Below, one piece after another: positions 30,998 to 41,840 of a stretch of 64,000 nt of DNA. Made by a program: the position numbers and the translations under genes. How positions within the stretch are numbered: position 1 is the stretch's first letter; every line of letters begins with the position of its first letter. The stretch is from an uncultured Gemmatimonadales bacterium (lineage in GTDB: Bacteria > Gemmatimonadota > Gemmatimonadetes > Longimicrobiales > Gaopeijiaceae). Where the stretch lies: NCBI GenBank assembly GCA_963809895.1, contig CAWELD010000004.1, forward strand, positions 1-64,000. Direction: 5' to 3'. The notes under the pieces are model-generated. The model searched no databases, was not told the DNA's origin, and saw only the letters and a program-made list of their open reading frames with translations.

Positions 30998-32158
30998 ATG
31001 GCCCGGATACCCTTTCGGATCGGGGAGCAGGTCACCGGCGAGTTCTTCACGGACCGGAGCACCGAAGTCGCTCGCATCCTCGACGCGATGCGGGAGCCGA
31101 CCCGCCTGCTGGTGTACGGCGAGCGCCGCCAGGGCAAGAGCTCGGCGATCCGGCAGGCCGGCGTCCGCTTCACGCGCGACGAGGGACTGCTGATCTGGGT
31201 GGACGTGGCCACGGCCGCCGGCTTCGACGATCTGGCTCGCCGCATCATCTCCGCGGTCCCCTACAAGTGGGTGTGGCGCGAGGACCTCCAGACGCGGCTG
31301 ATCCGTGCCTCCCTACGTATCGAGGCCCGCGCCGACGCTTCGGGCAACCCGGTCCTCTCTCTGGGAATCGTGGGCCCGCGGCCAGGAGACGAGGTCCGCG
31401 GCCGGGCCGAGCTCGAGCGCGCGGTGCGTGTGCTGGACGAGCTCGCTGCGGAGCGGGAGCTGGCCGTGGCCGTCGTGCTGGACGAGTTCCAGCAGGTCAC
31501 GTCCCTGGCCGATCGCGGCGCGTGGATCCTGAGGGATCTGCTGCAGACCACCCACGCCCTCAGCTGGATCTGCGCGGGCTCCCGCACCCGCCTCATCCGC
31601 GAGCTCACGGGCCCCGACGAGCCCTTCCACCGGTTCTTCGAGCCCCTCAACGTCCGAGCCATCGAGCCCGGCCATCTGTCACGGTGGATCGAGAGCCGCC
31701 TGAAGGGCGCCGGCGTCATCCCCGCCCCTGGCGTGGGAGAAGCGATCCTGCACCTCGTGGGACCCCGGACCCAGGACTGTCTCCAGCTCGCGCGCGCCGT
31801 GTACACGTTGGGGTCATCGACAGGGACGGCGTCCACCGACGACGTTCGGGTCGCGCTGCGCCAATCCGTGCTGGAAGACGCCGATCGCTTCCAGACCGTG
31901 TGGGCCGATCTGGCTCCGTCGCAGCAGGCGGTGCTCCGGGCCGTGGCCGCCGGCGCCGAGCAACTCTACGCTCAGTCCACGGCCGCGGAATTCGGGCTGC
32001 CCACCGCCGGCTCCGTGCGAAAAGCCATCCTCGCCCTGGTCGCCAAGGGACACCTTGTGGCCGATGGAGACACCCGCGTGGACGACCCCTTCTTTCGCGA
32101 GTGGATCCTCATGAAGGCCATGCCCGACGGGGTCTCGTGGCGGGCGCGGGAGCGCTGA
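30998..32158 (+). CDS. Archaeal-type AAA ATPase with C-terminal winged helix
   Basis: 'PFRIGEQVTGEFFTDR'; Walker A 'GERRQGKSS'; Walker B 'VVLDEFQ'; 'DPFFREW'. Confidence 0.85.
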   Translation: MARIPFRIGEQVTGEFFTDRSTEVARILDAMREPTRLLVYGERRQGKSSAIRQAGVRFTRDEGLLIWVDVATAAGFDDLARRIISAVPYKWVWREDLQTRLIRASLRIEARADASGNPVLSLGIVGPRPGDEVRGRAELERAVRVLDELAAERELAVAVVLDEFQQVTSLADRGAWILRDLLQTTHALSWICAGSRTRLIRELTGPDEPFHRFFEPLNVRAIEPGHLSRWIESRLKGAGVIPAPGVGEAILHLVGPRTQDCLQLARAVYTLGSSTGTASTDDVRVALRQSVLEDADRFQTVWADLAPSQQAVLRAVAAGAEQLYAQSTAAEFGLPTAGSVRKAILALVAKGHLVADGDTRVDDPFFREWILMKAMPDGVSWRARER

Positions 32159-32200
32159 CGCCCCGGCCCGTCTTCCGCGATCCGCGGGCCCCCCTGGCTC

Positions 32201-32377
32201 CTACGCCGCGGGCCGCCCGGCCCGCGTCCCCAGCACCACCGCGATGACGATGAGGATCAGCCCGATCAGCTGACCTCCCGGCGAGTCGTCGTACCCCGCG
32301 AATACGAAGCCGGCGCCGCCGATCGCGGCCAGGCCGGCGACCACGAGGGCGGCGACGAGCGGGGGCAGGTTCTTCAT
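32201..32377 (-). CDS. Small two-TM membrane protein (DDSPG motif)
   Basis: 'MKNLPPLVAALVVAGLAAIGGAGFVFAGYDDSPGGQLIGLILIVIAVVLG'; GGAG RBS. Confidence 0.6.
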   Translation of the reverse strand: MKNLPPLVAALVVAGLAAIGGAGFVFAGYDDSPGGQLIGLILIVIAVVLGTRAGRPAA

Positions 32378-32517
32378 CGGTCTCTCCGGAACACGGGGAT
32401 CATCGTCGCGCGACGACAACAACAAGTACTTTGCAATACAAAGTTAGCCGGACGCAGGGAGCATGCGCCGCGGTAGACATAAATATCGTACACCATGGTG
32501 CTATGTTTGTGTTACAT

Positions 32518-32759
32518 ATGCGCACAACTGTTCGACTTCCCGATGACCTCATGAAGGCCGTGAAACGCCACGCGCTCGAGACGAACCGCACGATCACCGA
32601 CGTGATCGAAGAAGCGCTTCGGGCGGAGCTCACTCGGCGGGAGCCCGATCGCTGCGGGAGCCCGGGCCGCTGCCGACCTATGGGGAGGGTGGCCTGCGTC
32701 CGGGCGTCGATCTGGACGACTCCGCGGCACTGCTCGATCTCATGGACGACGACACGTGA
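32518..32759 (+). CDS. vapB: VapB-type antitoxin (one frameshift)
   Basis: 'MRTTVRLPDDLMKAVKRHA...VIEEALR' joined to 'LPTYGEGGLRPGVDLDDSAALLDLMD'. Confidence 0.85.
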
Positions 32760-32769
32760 GCGCCTCGGC

Positions 32770-33198
32770 GTGATCCTCCCCGACGTGAACGTCCTGGTCT
32801 ATGCGCATCGCCGCGACGCGGACCGTCACGACGAATACAAGGCGTGGCTCGAGCAGGCGGTGGCCGGGCCAGGCCCCTTCGGCCTCTCGGACCTCGTCCT
32901 GAGCGGCTTTCTCAGAATCGTGACCCACCCCAGGATCTTCGTCGATCCCACGCCCGTCGCGGATGCCCAGGCTTTCGTTCGTGCACTGCGCGGGCGAGAA
33001 AACCGTGTGGCTGCGGTCCCGGGTCCACGGCATTGGGAGATCTTCGTGGATCTGTGCCGGACCGCACGGGCGCGGGGCAACCTCGTTCCCGATGCCTGGC
33101 TCGCGGCCCTGGCCATCGAATCCGGAATGGAGTGGATCACGACCGACGGGGATTTCCGGCGCTTCCCGGGCCTCGACACTCGCCATCCGCTGGACTGA
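32770..33198 (+). CDS. vapC: VapC PIN-domain toxin
   Basis: 'ILPDVNVLVYAHR...FLRIVTHPRIF...GNLVPDAWLAALAIE...TTDGDFRRFPGL'. Confidence 0.95.
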   Translation: MILPDVNVLVYAHRRDADRHDEYKAWLEQAVAGPGPFGLSDLVLSGFLRIVTHPRIFVDPTPVADAQAFVRALRGRENRVAAVPGPRHWEIFVDLCRTARARGNLVPDAWLAALAIESGMEWITTDGDFRRFPGLDTRHPLD

Positions 33199-33203
33199 CT
33201 CCG

Positions 33204-34409
33204 TCAGCGCATCTCCACCCAGCCATCCCCCAGCTCCACCCCCAGCGGGCGCCGGAGCGCGTCCAGATCTTCCAGGGGATTCCCGCCGAGCAGCACCAGG
33301 TCCGCGCGCATGCCCGCGGCCAGCCGTCCGATGCGATCCGATTCGCCCAGGTACTCCGCCGCATCGACCGTGGCCATGCGCACCAGCGCCGGCAGGGGGA
33401 TTCCCGCCTGCATGAGCTCGTCCATCTCGTCGGCCAGCGAGGTGCCGGGCTGGGTGACCTCGATGCCCGAGTCGGTGCCCACCAGGATGCGGGCGCCGGC
33501 GTCGTAGAGGGCCTTCACCACCGTGCGTCGGTAGGGCGCCGCCTGTGACGCGGTGGGCAGATGCGTCTGGATCTCCAGCGTCGGGCAGTTCCAGGTGCCG
33601 TGCTCCACGGTGAGCGCGATGGCCTGGTCCAGCGCCGCACCGGAGGTGGTCTGGTAGCCGCCCAGATGCTCGATGGAGCGCTGGCCGACCTCGATGACGT
33701 GGGTGAGCGGGACCGGCCCGGGCTTGTGGCCGGCGAAGGTCATCCCCCGGGCCTTGGCCGCCGCCACGATGGCGTCGTACACGTCGAGCCGCAGGTCCTG
33801 GTAGATCTTGAGCTCGCGGTAGCCCTCGTCCCACATGAGCTGCACCACCGAGTCGGCCTTGGCGGGATCGGTGATGAGCTGGGTCTCGGGCCAGTGCACC
33901 GGCGGGCCGTCGAGCCCGGGGCTCAGCGTGTGGATCGTGGGCCCGATGCGCCGTCCGGCGGCGATGTCGTCGATGATCGCGCCCAGCGCCTGGAATCCCC
34001 ACATGTTGCGGACGGTGGTGATCCCCGAGCGGATGTAGGCCTCGGTGTCGCCGGCGCTCATGTGCACGTGCATGTCCACGAGCCCGGGCATGAGCCAGCC
34101 GCCGTCGCCGTCCACCACCTCGGCGTCCGCGGGCACCGCGACCTCGGCGGCAGGCCCCACGGCCTCGATCATCCCACCGCGCACGACGAGCACCCCGTCG
34201 TCTTCGATCGTGCCGCTCTCCGGGTTCACCAGGTGCACGTTGGTGAACGCGCGCAGGGGTGCGTGCTCGACCCGGAGATCCCCCTGGAACGGCGCGTCGT
34301 CGGGGCCGAGCCCGGTCATGGACTCGGCGGTGCACGCCAGCAGGACGGCCAGCGCCAGGGTGCCGGTGGTGAGGCGGATGGCGGGGCGGGCCAGGCGGGA
34401 GGGGGTCAT
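33204..34409 (-). CDS. Amidohydrolase family lipoprotein
   Basis: Lipobox 'LLAC'; 'MPGLVDMHVH', 'GITTVRNM', 'SIEH', 'GTDSG', 'RADLVLLGGNPL'. Confidence 0.9.
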   Translation of the reverse strand: MTPSRLARPAIRLTTGTLALAVLLACTAESMTGLGPDDAPFQGDLRVEHAPLRAFTNVHLVNPESGTIEDDGVLVVRGGMIEAVGPAAEVAVPADAEVVDGDGGWLMPGLVDMHVHMSAGDTEAYIRSGITTVRNMWGFQALGAIIDDIAAGRRIGPTIHTLSPGLDGPPVHWPETQLITDPAKADSVVQLMWDEGYRELKIYQDLRLDVYDAIVAAAKARGMTFAGHKPGPVPLTHVIEVGQRSIEHLGGYQTTSGAALDQAIALTVEHGTWNCPTLEIQTHLPTASQAAPYRRTVVKALYDAGARILVGTDSGIEVTQPGTSLADEMDELMQAGIPLPALVRMATVDAAEYLGESDRIGRLAAGMRADLVLLGGNPLEDLDALRRPLGVELGDGWVEMR

Positions 34410-34575
34410 GGACGGTCGGTGCGAGAGGGCGAGGACGTCGGGAGTCGCGCCCTTTCTCTACGGCCGGTCCGCGGTGGGTTTACGTCGTGGCGGGCGACGC
34501 GGTGGTGGTGGTGGCTACGACACCCAGTGCTCGACCGGTGTCGACAGGAATTCCTCGAGCCGCGCGGGCCGTCAA

Positions 34576-34619
34576 ATTACTCAATGCAGTGAGTAAATTT
34601 GCGCAGTACGTTGAGTAAT
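34576..34619. promoter_or_regulatory. TTACTCA/TGAGTAA repeat array upstream of the helicase operon
   Basis: ATTACTCAA (34576) and TTGAGTAAT (34611) form an inverted repeat, with another TGAGTAA at 34590. Confidence 0.55.
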
Positions 34620-34710
34620 CCGTTCGTTGGCGCGGCTTCGGCGAAGCGAAGAGGCTGGCAGTGTGGCAGCCGAAGGTGCCCCCTCCCCCGCCCGACCGCC
34701 ACATTCCGAC

Positions 34711-36177
34711 ATGCCTGAGCCTGGCTACTACTACCGGAACGGCCTCGCCGTGCTGCAGTTGGTGCGGGAGCCCCCAGCCTGGATGGCGTACGATCCGCGC
34801 CTGGATGCGCACGTGGCGCCGGGGCACCGCTATCCGGAGCTCCGGAGTTGGGCCGAGGTCCACGAGGTGCCCGAGATCCAGGCCGGGCCCGACACGTTGG
34901 GCGAGGAGTACGCCGACCCTCGCACGCCCCGAGACTATCAGGCCGAGGCCCTGGAACGCTGGTGGACCGCCGGCGGACGCGGCTCCGTGGTCCTGCCCAC
35001 GGGCGCCGGCAAGACGCTGGTCGCCTTCCTCGCCATCCGTCGGGTCGGCAAGGGCGCCTGCATCGTCGCCCCCACCCGCGCCCTGGTGAGCCAGTGGTTC
35101 AACCAGCTCGCCGACGCGTTCGGCGCCGACCGCGTGGGAGCCTATTACGGCGACGAGAAGGAGGTGCGGAGCCTCACCGTGACCACCTACCACTCGGCCT
35201 TCACGCTCCTGGAACGCTGGGGCGACCGCTTCGCCCTTCTGGTCCTCGACGAGGTCCACCACCTGGCGGACCGAAGCGCCGGAGCTTCCGCGACCGGGGC
35301 CTCCGCGACCGCCGCCTCCACGGACGCCGATCCCTCCGGCGCCAAGGCCTGGCACGACGCCCTGCGCATCGCCCCGGCCACCCACGTCCTCGGGCTCACC
35401 GCCACCTATCCCGACGGTCGGGACGAGCACATGCGGGCGCTCGTGGGACCCGTGGCCTATCGCCGCCGTCTGGGCGAGATGCTCGACGCCGAGCTCGCCG
35501 ACCTCGCCGTGGAACGCCGCTTCGTCCACCTCACGCCCGACGAGCGCCGGCGCTACGACGGGGCGGTGGAGCGCTACGAGGGATTCGTCGAGGAGCGCGG
35601 CTACCGCGAGCGCCTGGGTGAGGCGGGCTCCGAGTGGTGGCCGGCGTTCATGGCCGAGACACGGCGCTCGCCCGAAGCGCGCCGGGCGTTCCAGGCGTTC
35701 CGCGAGCGGGAGCGCGTCGTCGCCCTCGCCTCGGGCAAGCTCGCCCTGGCGCGGCGCATTCTGGGGCTCCACTCCGCCGAGCAGGCGATCCTCTTCTGCG
35801 GCAGCACCGAGGCCGCCGACGAGGTGGCGCGGCGTTTCGCCATCCCCCTGATCCGGGCCGAGACACCGGCCTCGGAGCGCAAACGCATCCTGGATCTGCT
35901 GGCGGGGGGAGAGGTGCGGGCCGTCGCGGCGGTGGAGGTCCTCGACGAGGGATGGGACGTGCCTGGCGCCAAGCTGGGCCTGGTGCTGGGAAGCTCGAGG
36001 AGCGGCGGGCGGCGCCAGCATCAGCAGCGGCTCGGGCGCATCCTCCGGAAGCAGGGCGACCGGGTCGCCTCGCTCTTCGAGATCGTGGTGGCCGACACCC
36101 ACGAGTTCTTCGCGTCGCAGCGCCGCGGCGGGGCGATCCGTGCGGCCACCGACCGCCAGCTCGGCCTGGGTCTGTAG
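34711..36177 (+). CDS. XPB/Rad25-like SF2 DEAH helicase (start approximate)
   Basis: 'RDYQAEAL', 'VLPTGAGKT', 'VAPTRALVSQW', 'LDEVHHL', 'GLTAT', 'VLDEGWDVP', 'QRLGRILR'. Confidence 0.9.
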   Translation: MPEPGYYYRNGLAVLQLVREPPAWMAYDPRLDAHVAPGHRYPELRSWAEVHEVPEIQAGPDTLGEEYADPRTPRDYQAEALERWWTAGGRGSVVLPTGAGKTLVAFLAIRRVGKGACIVAPTRALVSQWFNQLADAFGADRVGAYYGDEKEVRSLTVTTYHSAFTLLERWGDRFALLVLDEVHHLADRSAGASATGASATAASTDADPSGAKAWHDALRIAPATHVLGLTATYPDGRDEHMRALVGPVAYRRRLGEMLDAELADLAVERRFVHLTPDERRRYDGAVERYEGFVEERGYRERLGEAGSEWWPAFMAETRRSPEARRAFQAFRERERVVALASGKLALARRILGLHSAEQAILFCGSTEAADEVARRFAIPLIRAETPASERKRILDLLAGGEVRAVAAVEVLDEGWDVPGAKLGLVLGSSRSGGRRQHQQRLGRILRKQGDRVASLFEIVVADTHEFFASQRRGGAIRAATDRQLGLGL

Positions 36178-36184
36178 GCGCTCG

Positions 36185-37414
36185 ATGCTACGACGTACGC
36201 ACGTCGCCCCCTTCGTCGAGGTCCGCAACGGAGCGCTGGAGGTGGAGTTTCTCGAGTCTCCGGGGGATGACTCGGCGCTGATCCGCTTTCTGGATCGGCT
36301 CACGCGTCTCGCGCGTCGCCTCGAGGGATGGCGTCGCGCCGATGTCACCGAAGCCCTCCGCCGCCAGGAGCGGCGGGTACGCGACGTGCGTCGCCTCGCG
36401 GGCATCTCCAAGGCACTGTCGGACGCATGTCGCTTCCGCCCCGAACCCGGCGCGGACCGGGCTCAGGAGATCCGCGAGGCGGTGTATCGCGCGCGCGGGC
36501 GCCGCTGGCCACCGGTGCCCGGAGACGACGATCGACCCTACCAGGACGCGGCTGCGGAGCTCGCCCTCGAGGTGGCCGACGTGAAGCGTCTCCTCCATGC
36601 CGACCGGCCGGCCAACTACCGCCTCGTCCGGGCCCCACGCATGAACGGGCGGGACCTCCTGGCGCGCTACAACCTGGAGCTGGCCCGGGGTGTGCTACTG
36701 GACGCCGAGTCGCTCGTGCTTCGCGCGCGCGGCGGCTGGAAGAACGTCTTCCGCACCCTCAAGCTCGCGCGCCTCATGACGCGGATCGAGCGCGTGGGCC
36801 GCCGAAGTTACCGGGTCGAGGTCACGGGACCCGCGGCGGCCTGGATGGTCCGGCCGCAGCGATACGGCGTCCGTCTGGCTCGGGCGCTGCCCGCGCTCCT
36901 GGCCGCCCCGGGTGCCCGCATCGAAGCTCGCGTGCATCACCAGGGGCGGCTGCTCCCCTATCACCTGGCGGCGGGAGACGTCCCCGGGCTCGGCCGAGGA
37001 CGACGAGGGCGCGGCCGTCGCCACGACTCGCGCTGGGAGGAGGATCTGGCGGAGATCCTCCGCCAGAAGCTCGGCGAGGAGCGCGAGGGCTGGACGCTGG
37101 TGCGGGAAGATCAGCCGGTGGTGCTCGCCGGCGGCCGGGTCTTTCTCCCCGACTTCACTCTGCGGCACCGGGACGGCCGCGAAGCGCTGGTGGAGCTCGT
37201 GGGCTTCTGGACCCCCGAGTACCTGGCCGAGAAGATCGACAAGGTGCGCGAGGCCGGGCTGGACAACCTCGTCCTCGTCGTGTCCCGGAAGCTGGGCGAA
37301 GGCGCGCAGAAGCTGGAGCGGGCCGCCGCCGGGCCGGTCGTCTGGTTCACCGACCGTCCCACGGCGCGGCCGGTACTGGAGGCGGCGGAGCAGGTGGCGC
37401 GGCGGCCGGGATGA
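36185..37414 (+). CDS. DUF790-family (Bax1-like) PD-(D/E)xK nuclease
   Basis: 'LLARYNLELARGVL', 'EVTGP...RYGVRLARALP', 'HDSRWEE', 'WTLVRE', 'FLPDF...VELVGFWTPEYLAEK'. Directly downstream of the XPB-like helicase. Confidence 0.85.
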   Translation: MLRRTHVAPFVEVRNGALEVEFLESPGDDSALIRFLDRLTRLARRLEGWRRADVTEALRRQERRVRDVRRLAGISKALSDACRFRPEPGADRAQEIREAVYRARGRRWPPVPGDDDRPYQDAAAELALEVADVKRLLHADRPANYRLVRAPRMNGRDLLARYNLELARGVLLDAESLVLRARGGWKNVFRTLKLARLMTRIERVGRRSYRVEVTGPAAAWMVRPQRYGVRLARALPALLAAPGARIEARVHHQGRLLPYHLAAGDVPGLGRGRRGRGRRHDSRWEEDLAEILRQKLGEEREGWTLVREDQPVVLAGGRVFLPDFTLRHRDGREALVELVGFWTPEYLAEKIDKVREAGLDNLVLVVSRKLGEGAQKLERAAAGPVVWFTDRPTARPVLEAAEQVARRPG

Positions 37415-37473
37415 GGAAGTCTGCCTGCCGCCGCGATGAATTGCCCGTAGGCCCTCGCCCGGGACGCGGCCGC

Positions 37474-39636
37474 CTAGCGACGTCCGGGCGAGGACCCAGA
37501 AGACGCCGCCCTCTTCCGATATGCGCATGCGAAACGAGCCTCCGTGCCCGCCGTCTTCCAGGCGGAAATAGGCGAGAGTTCCATCCTGGGGGGATCGCCT
37601 GCGATGCGCGCGCCCTCACCGGATCGAAGCGTGGCGGAGGGTGGCATGAAGCTCCCACGCCTCGAAGATCGAGGGATTCTGCAGCTCCGGGTTGGAACTG
37701 AGGTCGTCCACCGCCAACGAGATGGCGGCCCGCAGAAGCTGCTCCAGGGGATGCCACTCGGTTCCCAGCAGCATGCTCATGCGACGCGACAAACCGAGAC
37801 GCCGCCCCACGTTCGGAGGCTCGGTCGGAGACCCACCATACTCGTAGTATCCGTTCCAGCCCTCTTCTGCCCCCCGGTTCATCGCCGCCATGGCATCCGC
37901 ATAGGACGACCCCGGCCTGCACGGCCCGCCAAACGACATCTCGGAAGAACCATTCACTGCTCCCGTAGCCTCGACCGAAACTCCAGGAGTCGATGGACAG
38001 CATCTCCCCGGGTGCCGGGCGCATCCCAGGAGTAGTCGTGCCAGCTCGAGTTCTGGTCGAAGGAGCTTCCCTGCCGTTGCCGCATGGCCTCGATCGCCAG
38101 AAAGTCCGCTCCGCCCTCCGAGGCCCACCGGTCGGCTCCGGGCCCGCCACACTCTCCCGCATCCCGGCACGCGAGGTCGAGGTGGAGGCTCTGCCAGGCG
38201 TGGGCGAGCTCGTGGGTGAGCAGGTCCGGCCGGATGAAGAGCGGGACGTCGAGGTCGTCGATCGCGATGCCGGGACTCAGCTTCATGACGCAGCTTCCCG
38301 GGAACCGATCGGGAGAGTTCGCCCCGCCGCAGGTCATGATCGCGCCGATGAGATCGTACTCCGAGACGATGATGAGGAGCTGATCGCTTGCGGCGGTCGT
38401 CACCGGGTACGCGTCCCCCAGCGACGAGCGCAACAGAGGGATCCCGTAGTCGAACACGACGTCCATGGCGACGTCCATGGAGTCCAGCCGGTCGGCTACC
38501 CTGTACTCCTCGTCCTGGTCGAGCACCGCCACGACGAACCGATCACGGTAGTTGCGCACGATGGTCGCCGGCACGTACTCCCCACCCTCCAGAGGCTTGT
38601 CCACGGTGAGGCGGTCGCCCACCTGCCACGGCTCGTCGCGGTAACGGTAGTAGTCCGGCGGCGGCGGACCCGCGGGGTCCGGGACCCGGTTCCGCGATAG
38701 GAGCTCGAAATCGGGGCGGGGCGGCGCCGTCCAGGATGCGATCGCTGTGGCCGCGACCCGGGGCGCTGCATTGCCGCCACCCGCCACGGTTCGGTCCTCC
38801 AATTCCATCCCGAAGGTGGTGAAGGGGCGCATCCGATCCTCGGGAGCCGTGAGCGCCCCCTGCAGGCTTCGCGCATCCATCATCAGGAGCGTGTAGGCGC
38901 CGTTCACGCCCGGGTGGAGTCGTAGGCATTGCTCCGGGGCGTCGCCCAGCACCATCCAGTCGCCCGGCGCCAGGTTCACCTCGTCGTCGCGGAGCACGCG
39001 GATCGAGATTCGTCCGAGCAACGTTCCTCCCGCGAGCTCGACAGCCTCCAATCCTCCACCCACACACGCCGCCTGTGAGAGGACGGGAGCCGAGAACCGC
39101 AGGAGGGCGCTGTCCGCCGACACGATCTGAACCGGGAAGCCGTCGAGGGTGAGTGTGCCCGGGTCGATGCGGTCCAGGCGGTACCCCTGGAGCGACACCT
39201 CCGCGCCCTGCTCCACCGGTCCGATTTCCGACGCGGTCCGCGATGATGGGCCCGGGAGGACTCACGCGCACCGTGCTCTCGTCTGACGCCAGGGCGGCGT
39301 AGCTGGCCTGGACGGTCGCGGTTCCCGGTCCCCGGGCAATCAAGGTGAACGGTGCGCCCGGCTTCGACTCGAGCACCGGGAACGTCTCCAGGGCGGCGGT
39401 CTTCGGACACGGTGACGAGCACCGGGGATTCCGCCAGCTCGACCTCCTGGCCGTCGGCATCCAGACCCCGAACGGTGAACTCGACCTCCTCACCGAGCTC
39501 CCGCACCTCGACCGTGGCCGGCTCCAGGACGAGGCTGACCGGCATTCGGGGGTCCGGTCGCAGAGTCCGAGCCGCAGGCCGCGGCGAAGAACGGTGACAT
39601 GGAGACGATCACACGAGCACACGCCTTCCGCTTCAT
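37474..39636 (-). CDS. Lipoprotein with Ig-like domain and HExxH zinc-metallopeptidase-like domain; frameshifted, ends approximate
   Basis: 'FFAACGSDS' lipobox; 'GTATVQASY' Ig-like strand; 'LLTHELAHAWQ...WASEGGADF'. Confidence 0.6.
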
Positions 39637-39812
39637 CCCGTCCCTCCACGTGGCCTCGGGTCCGTTGGAAGTCCCCTCCAATGGAGCCAACCCCCACGCG
39701 GCGGATCAGGTCACGCCGCGCGCCCTTCATCGCACGATATCGGCGTGCGTGCCGCCAGGTTTCTGGCGAGCTGCTCGACGGTCGCGCCCGCGAAGGGACG
39801 CCAGCCCTCCCC

Positions 39813-41597
39813 CTACCGGAGCCGCGGGTTCGTCGACCGGGGCGCCAGCTCGCACTCCGGCCACTGCGCCGCCGCCGCCAGCGCCCGCCGAGCCGCCGAG
39901 CTGGCCGGCTGGCCGCCAGGTCCACGCGATCCAGCGGGATCCGCGTCGGGATCCTCGGACGCCAGGTAGACGAGCATCGCCGTCAGGGTCGCGTTGTAGC
40001 GGAGGTCGTCGAAGACGACCTTGTCGTAGGTGTCCCGCTCGGTGTGCCAGGTCACGTTGCCGTAGTCCCACGACAGCGCGCCCAGGCCGAAGGCCGGCAG
40101 GCCGTGGCAGCCGAAGGAGAAGTCGTCGCTGCCGCCGCCCGCCGGGCGGCCGGCGCACCACCGGAGCGCCGCCGTTGATGACGCTGGCGCCACTCCATCG
40201 GGATCTTCGCCAGCCACGCGTTCAGGTGCTCGGGGGCGTGCACGAGGCCGCGCGCCGCCGATGCGCACCACGCGGCCGGTGCCGTTGTCCTGGTTGAAGA
40301 GGGCCTGCAGCCCCGCGCAGCACCTCGGGATGGTCCTCGGTGAAGGCCTTGGAGCCGACCTCGCCCTCCTCCTCGCCGCTCCAGTGGCCCACCAGGATGG
40401 TGCGCTTCGGATGCGGATAGACCTTCTTCAGGATGCGCATGGCCTCGAGCATGGTGAGCGTCCCGGTGCCGTTGTCGGTGGCGCCCGACGAGCCGTCCCA
40501 CGAGTCGAAGTGGGCCGACAGCATGACGTACTCGTCGGGATGCTCGGTCCCGGGGATGCTGGCGATGACGTTGTACACGGGCTGCTCGCCGAGGAGCTTC
40601 GCCCTCGAGGTTCGAGCCGGAGCCTGGGGTGGTCGCCCGTCCTCGGTGAGCCGGTAGACGAGGCCGTAGTCCTCGCAGTCGAGGGCGATGGCCGGGGTCT
40701 TCGTGTTGTAGGTCTCGAAGACCTCCATGGCGCCCCAGCCGGTGTTGAGCGCGTTCCCGCGACCCGCCGAAGCCGAAGCCCCCGCCGCCGCCCCTGGGAT
40801 CGAGCTCGGCCGCCACCACCTGCTCCGGCGTGCGTCCGCCGCCCATGCGCCACGGCGAGCTTCGGCCGCGAGGTGATGATGCCCGGCGCGCTCCGCCTGC
40901 CTCGAGGCGCACACCGAGGTCACCGCCACCGAGCGCCGCGGAGTAGCCCGTGCCCCGCAGCGCCGGCGCTCGCGCCGTCCTGGTCCGGGCCCGGGCGCCG
41001 CACGCTGGCCCAATCGCGTGCTGCGTCGCCACCATGACCGAGTCCATGTGCGCCTTGGACTCCGGTGTGCGCGTTCGCGGCCCAGTCGTCCTGCGGACGG
41101 CACGTGGGGAGCGCCGCCGAGATCATCACCAGCTTCCCCTTGGCCTGCGGAAGCCACTTCACGAACTCCGTGCTGTCCCGGAAGCGGGGCAGGACGACGG
41201 TCTCCAGCACCACGTCCTTGCCGCCGGTGCCGGGGCTGTAGCCCACCATCTGGCCCTCCAGCGTGCGGTTGCGCGGCGCCACCAGGTCGATGTGCGAGTG
41301 CCCGCGCACCCACCCGCGCCAGGTGCCGAACTGCTCCTCCCTGGCGTCGATGCCCCACGACTTGTAACGGTCACCAGCCAGTCCTCGGCCCGCTTCAGGT
41401 CCGGGGAGCCCATGAGACGCGGCCCCAGGGAGTCGAAGAGCGCGTGGGCCTCGGTCTCCAGCGCGAGCTGTCCATCCCCACGCGTAGATCCGCCGGATCA
41501 CGGGATCGTCGGTGGGGAAGGTCTGGGCCCGGAGGGAGTCGCGGAGCGCCAGGGCGAGGCCGAGGGCGGCCACAAGGCGCGAGGGTCGGAACGTCAT
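39813..41597 (-). CDS. M28-family secreted peptidase (carboxypeptidase Q-like); multiply frameshifted
   Basis: 'YNVIASIPGTEHPDEYVMLSAHFDSWDGSSGATDNGTG', 'WSGEEEG', 'TWHTERDTYDK'. Confidence 0.85.
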
Positions 41598-41623
41598 GGT
41601 TCGGGGTCCTGCCAGAAGGGTGA

Positions 41624-41650
41624 GGACGATCGGATGCCACCCGGGATTCT
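41624..41650 (+). repeat. Direct repeat, left copy (27 bp)
   Basis: GGACGATCGGATGCCACCCGGGATTCT, identical to 44995-45021. Confidence 0.9.
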
Positions 41651-41840
41651 CCGAGTCCCAAAGCGCTTCCCGTCGCCGCCGCCCGTCGCCTGACCTACCC
41701 GTCGGTCACGAAGGAGTACACTTTCGAAGTATGGGCACCGTGCGCTTGCTCAGCCTCGATTCCCGTCCGTACCCTGACGGTAGTCCACATCGGGCGGCCT
41801 GCGTGTTCCCATCCCCTCGTCCGCAGGCCCAGGATACGCC

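Noticed and set aside
32428..32444. Palindrome ACTTTG-N5-CAAAGT upstream of the small membrane protein
   Set aside because: Plausible operator, but no cognate regulator is identifiable, so it is too weak to call.
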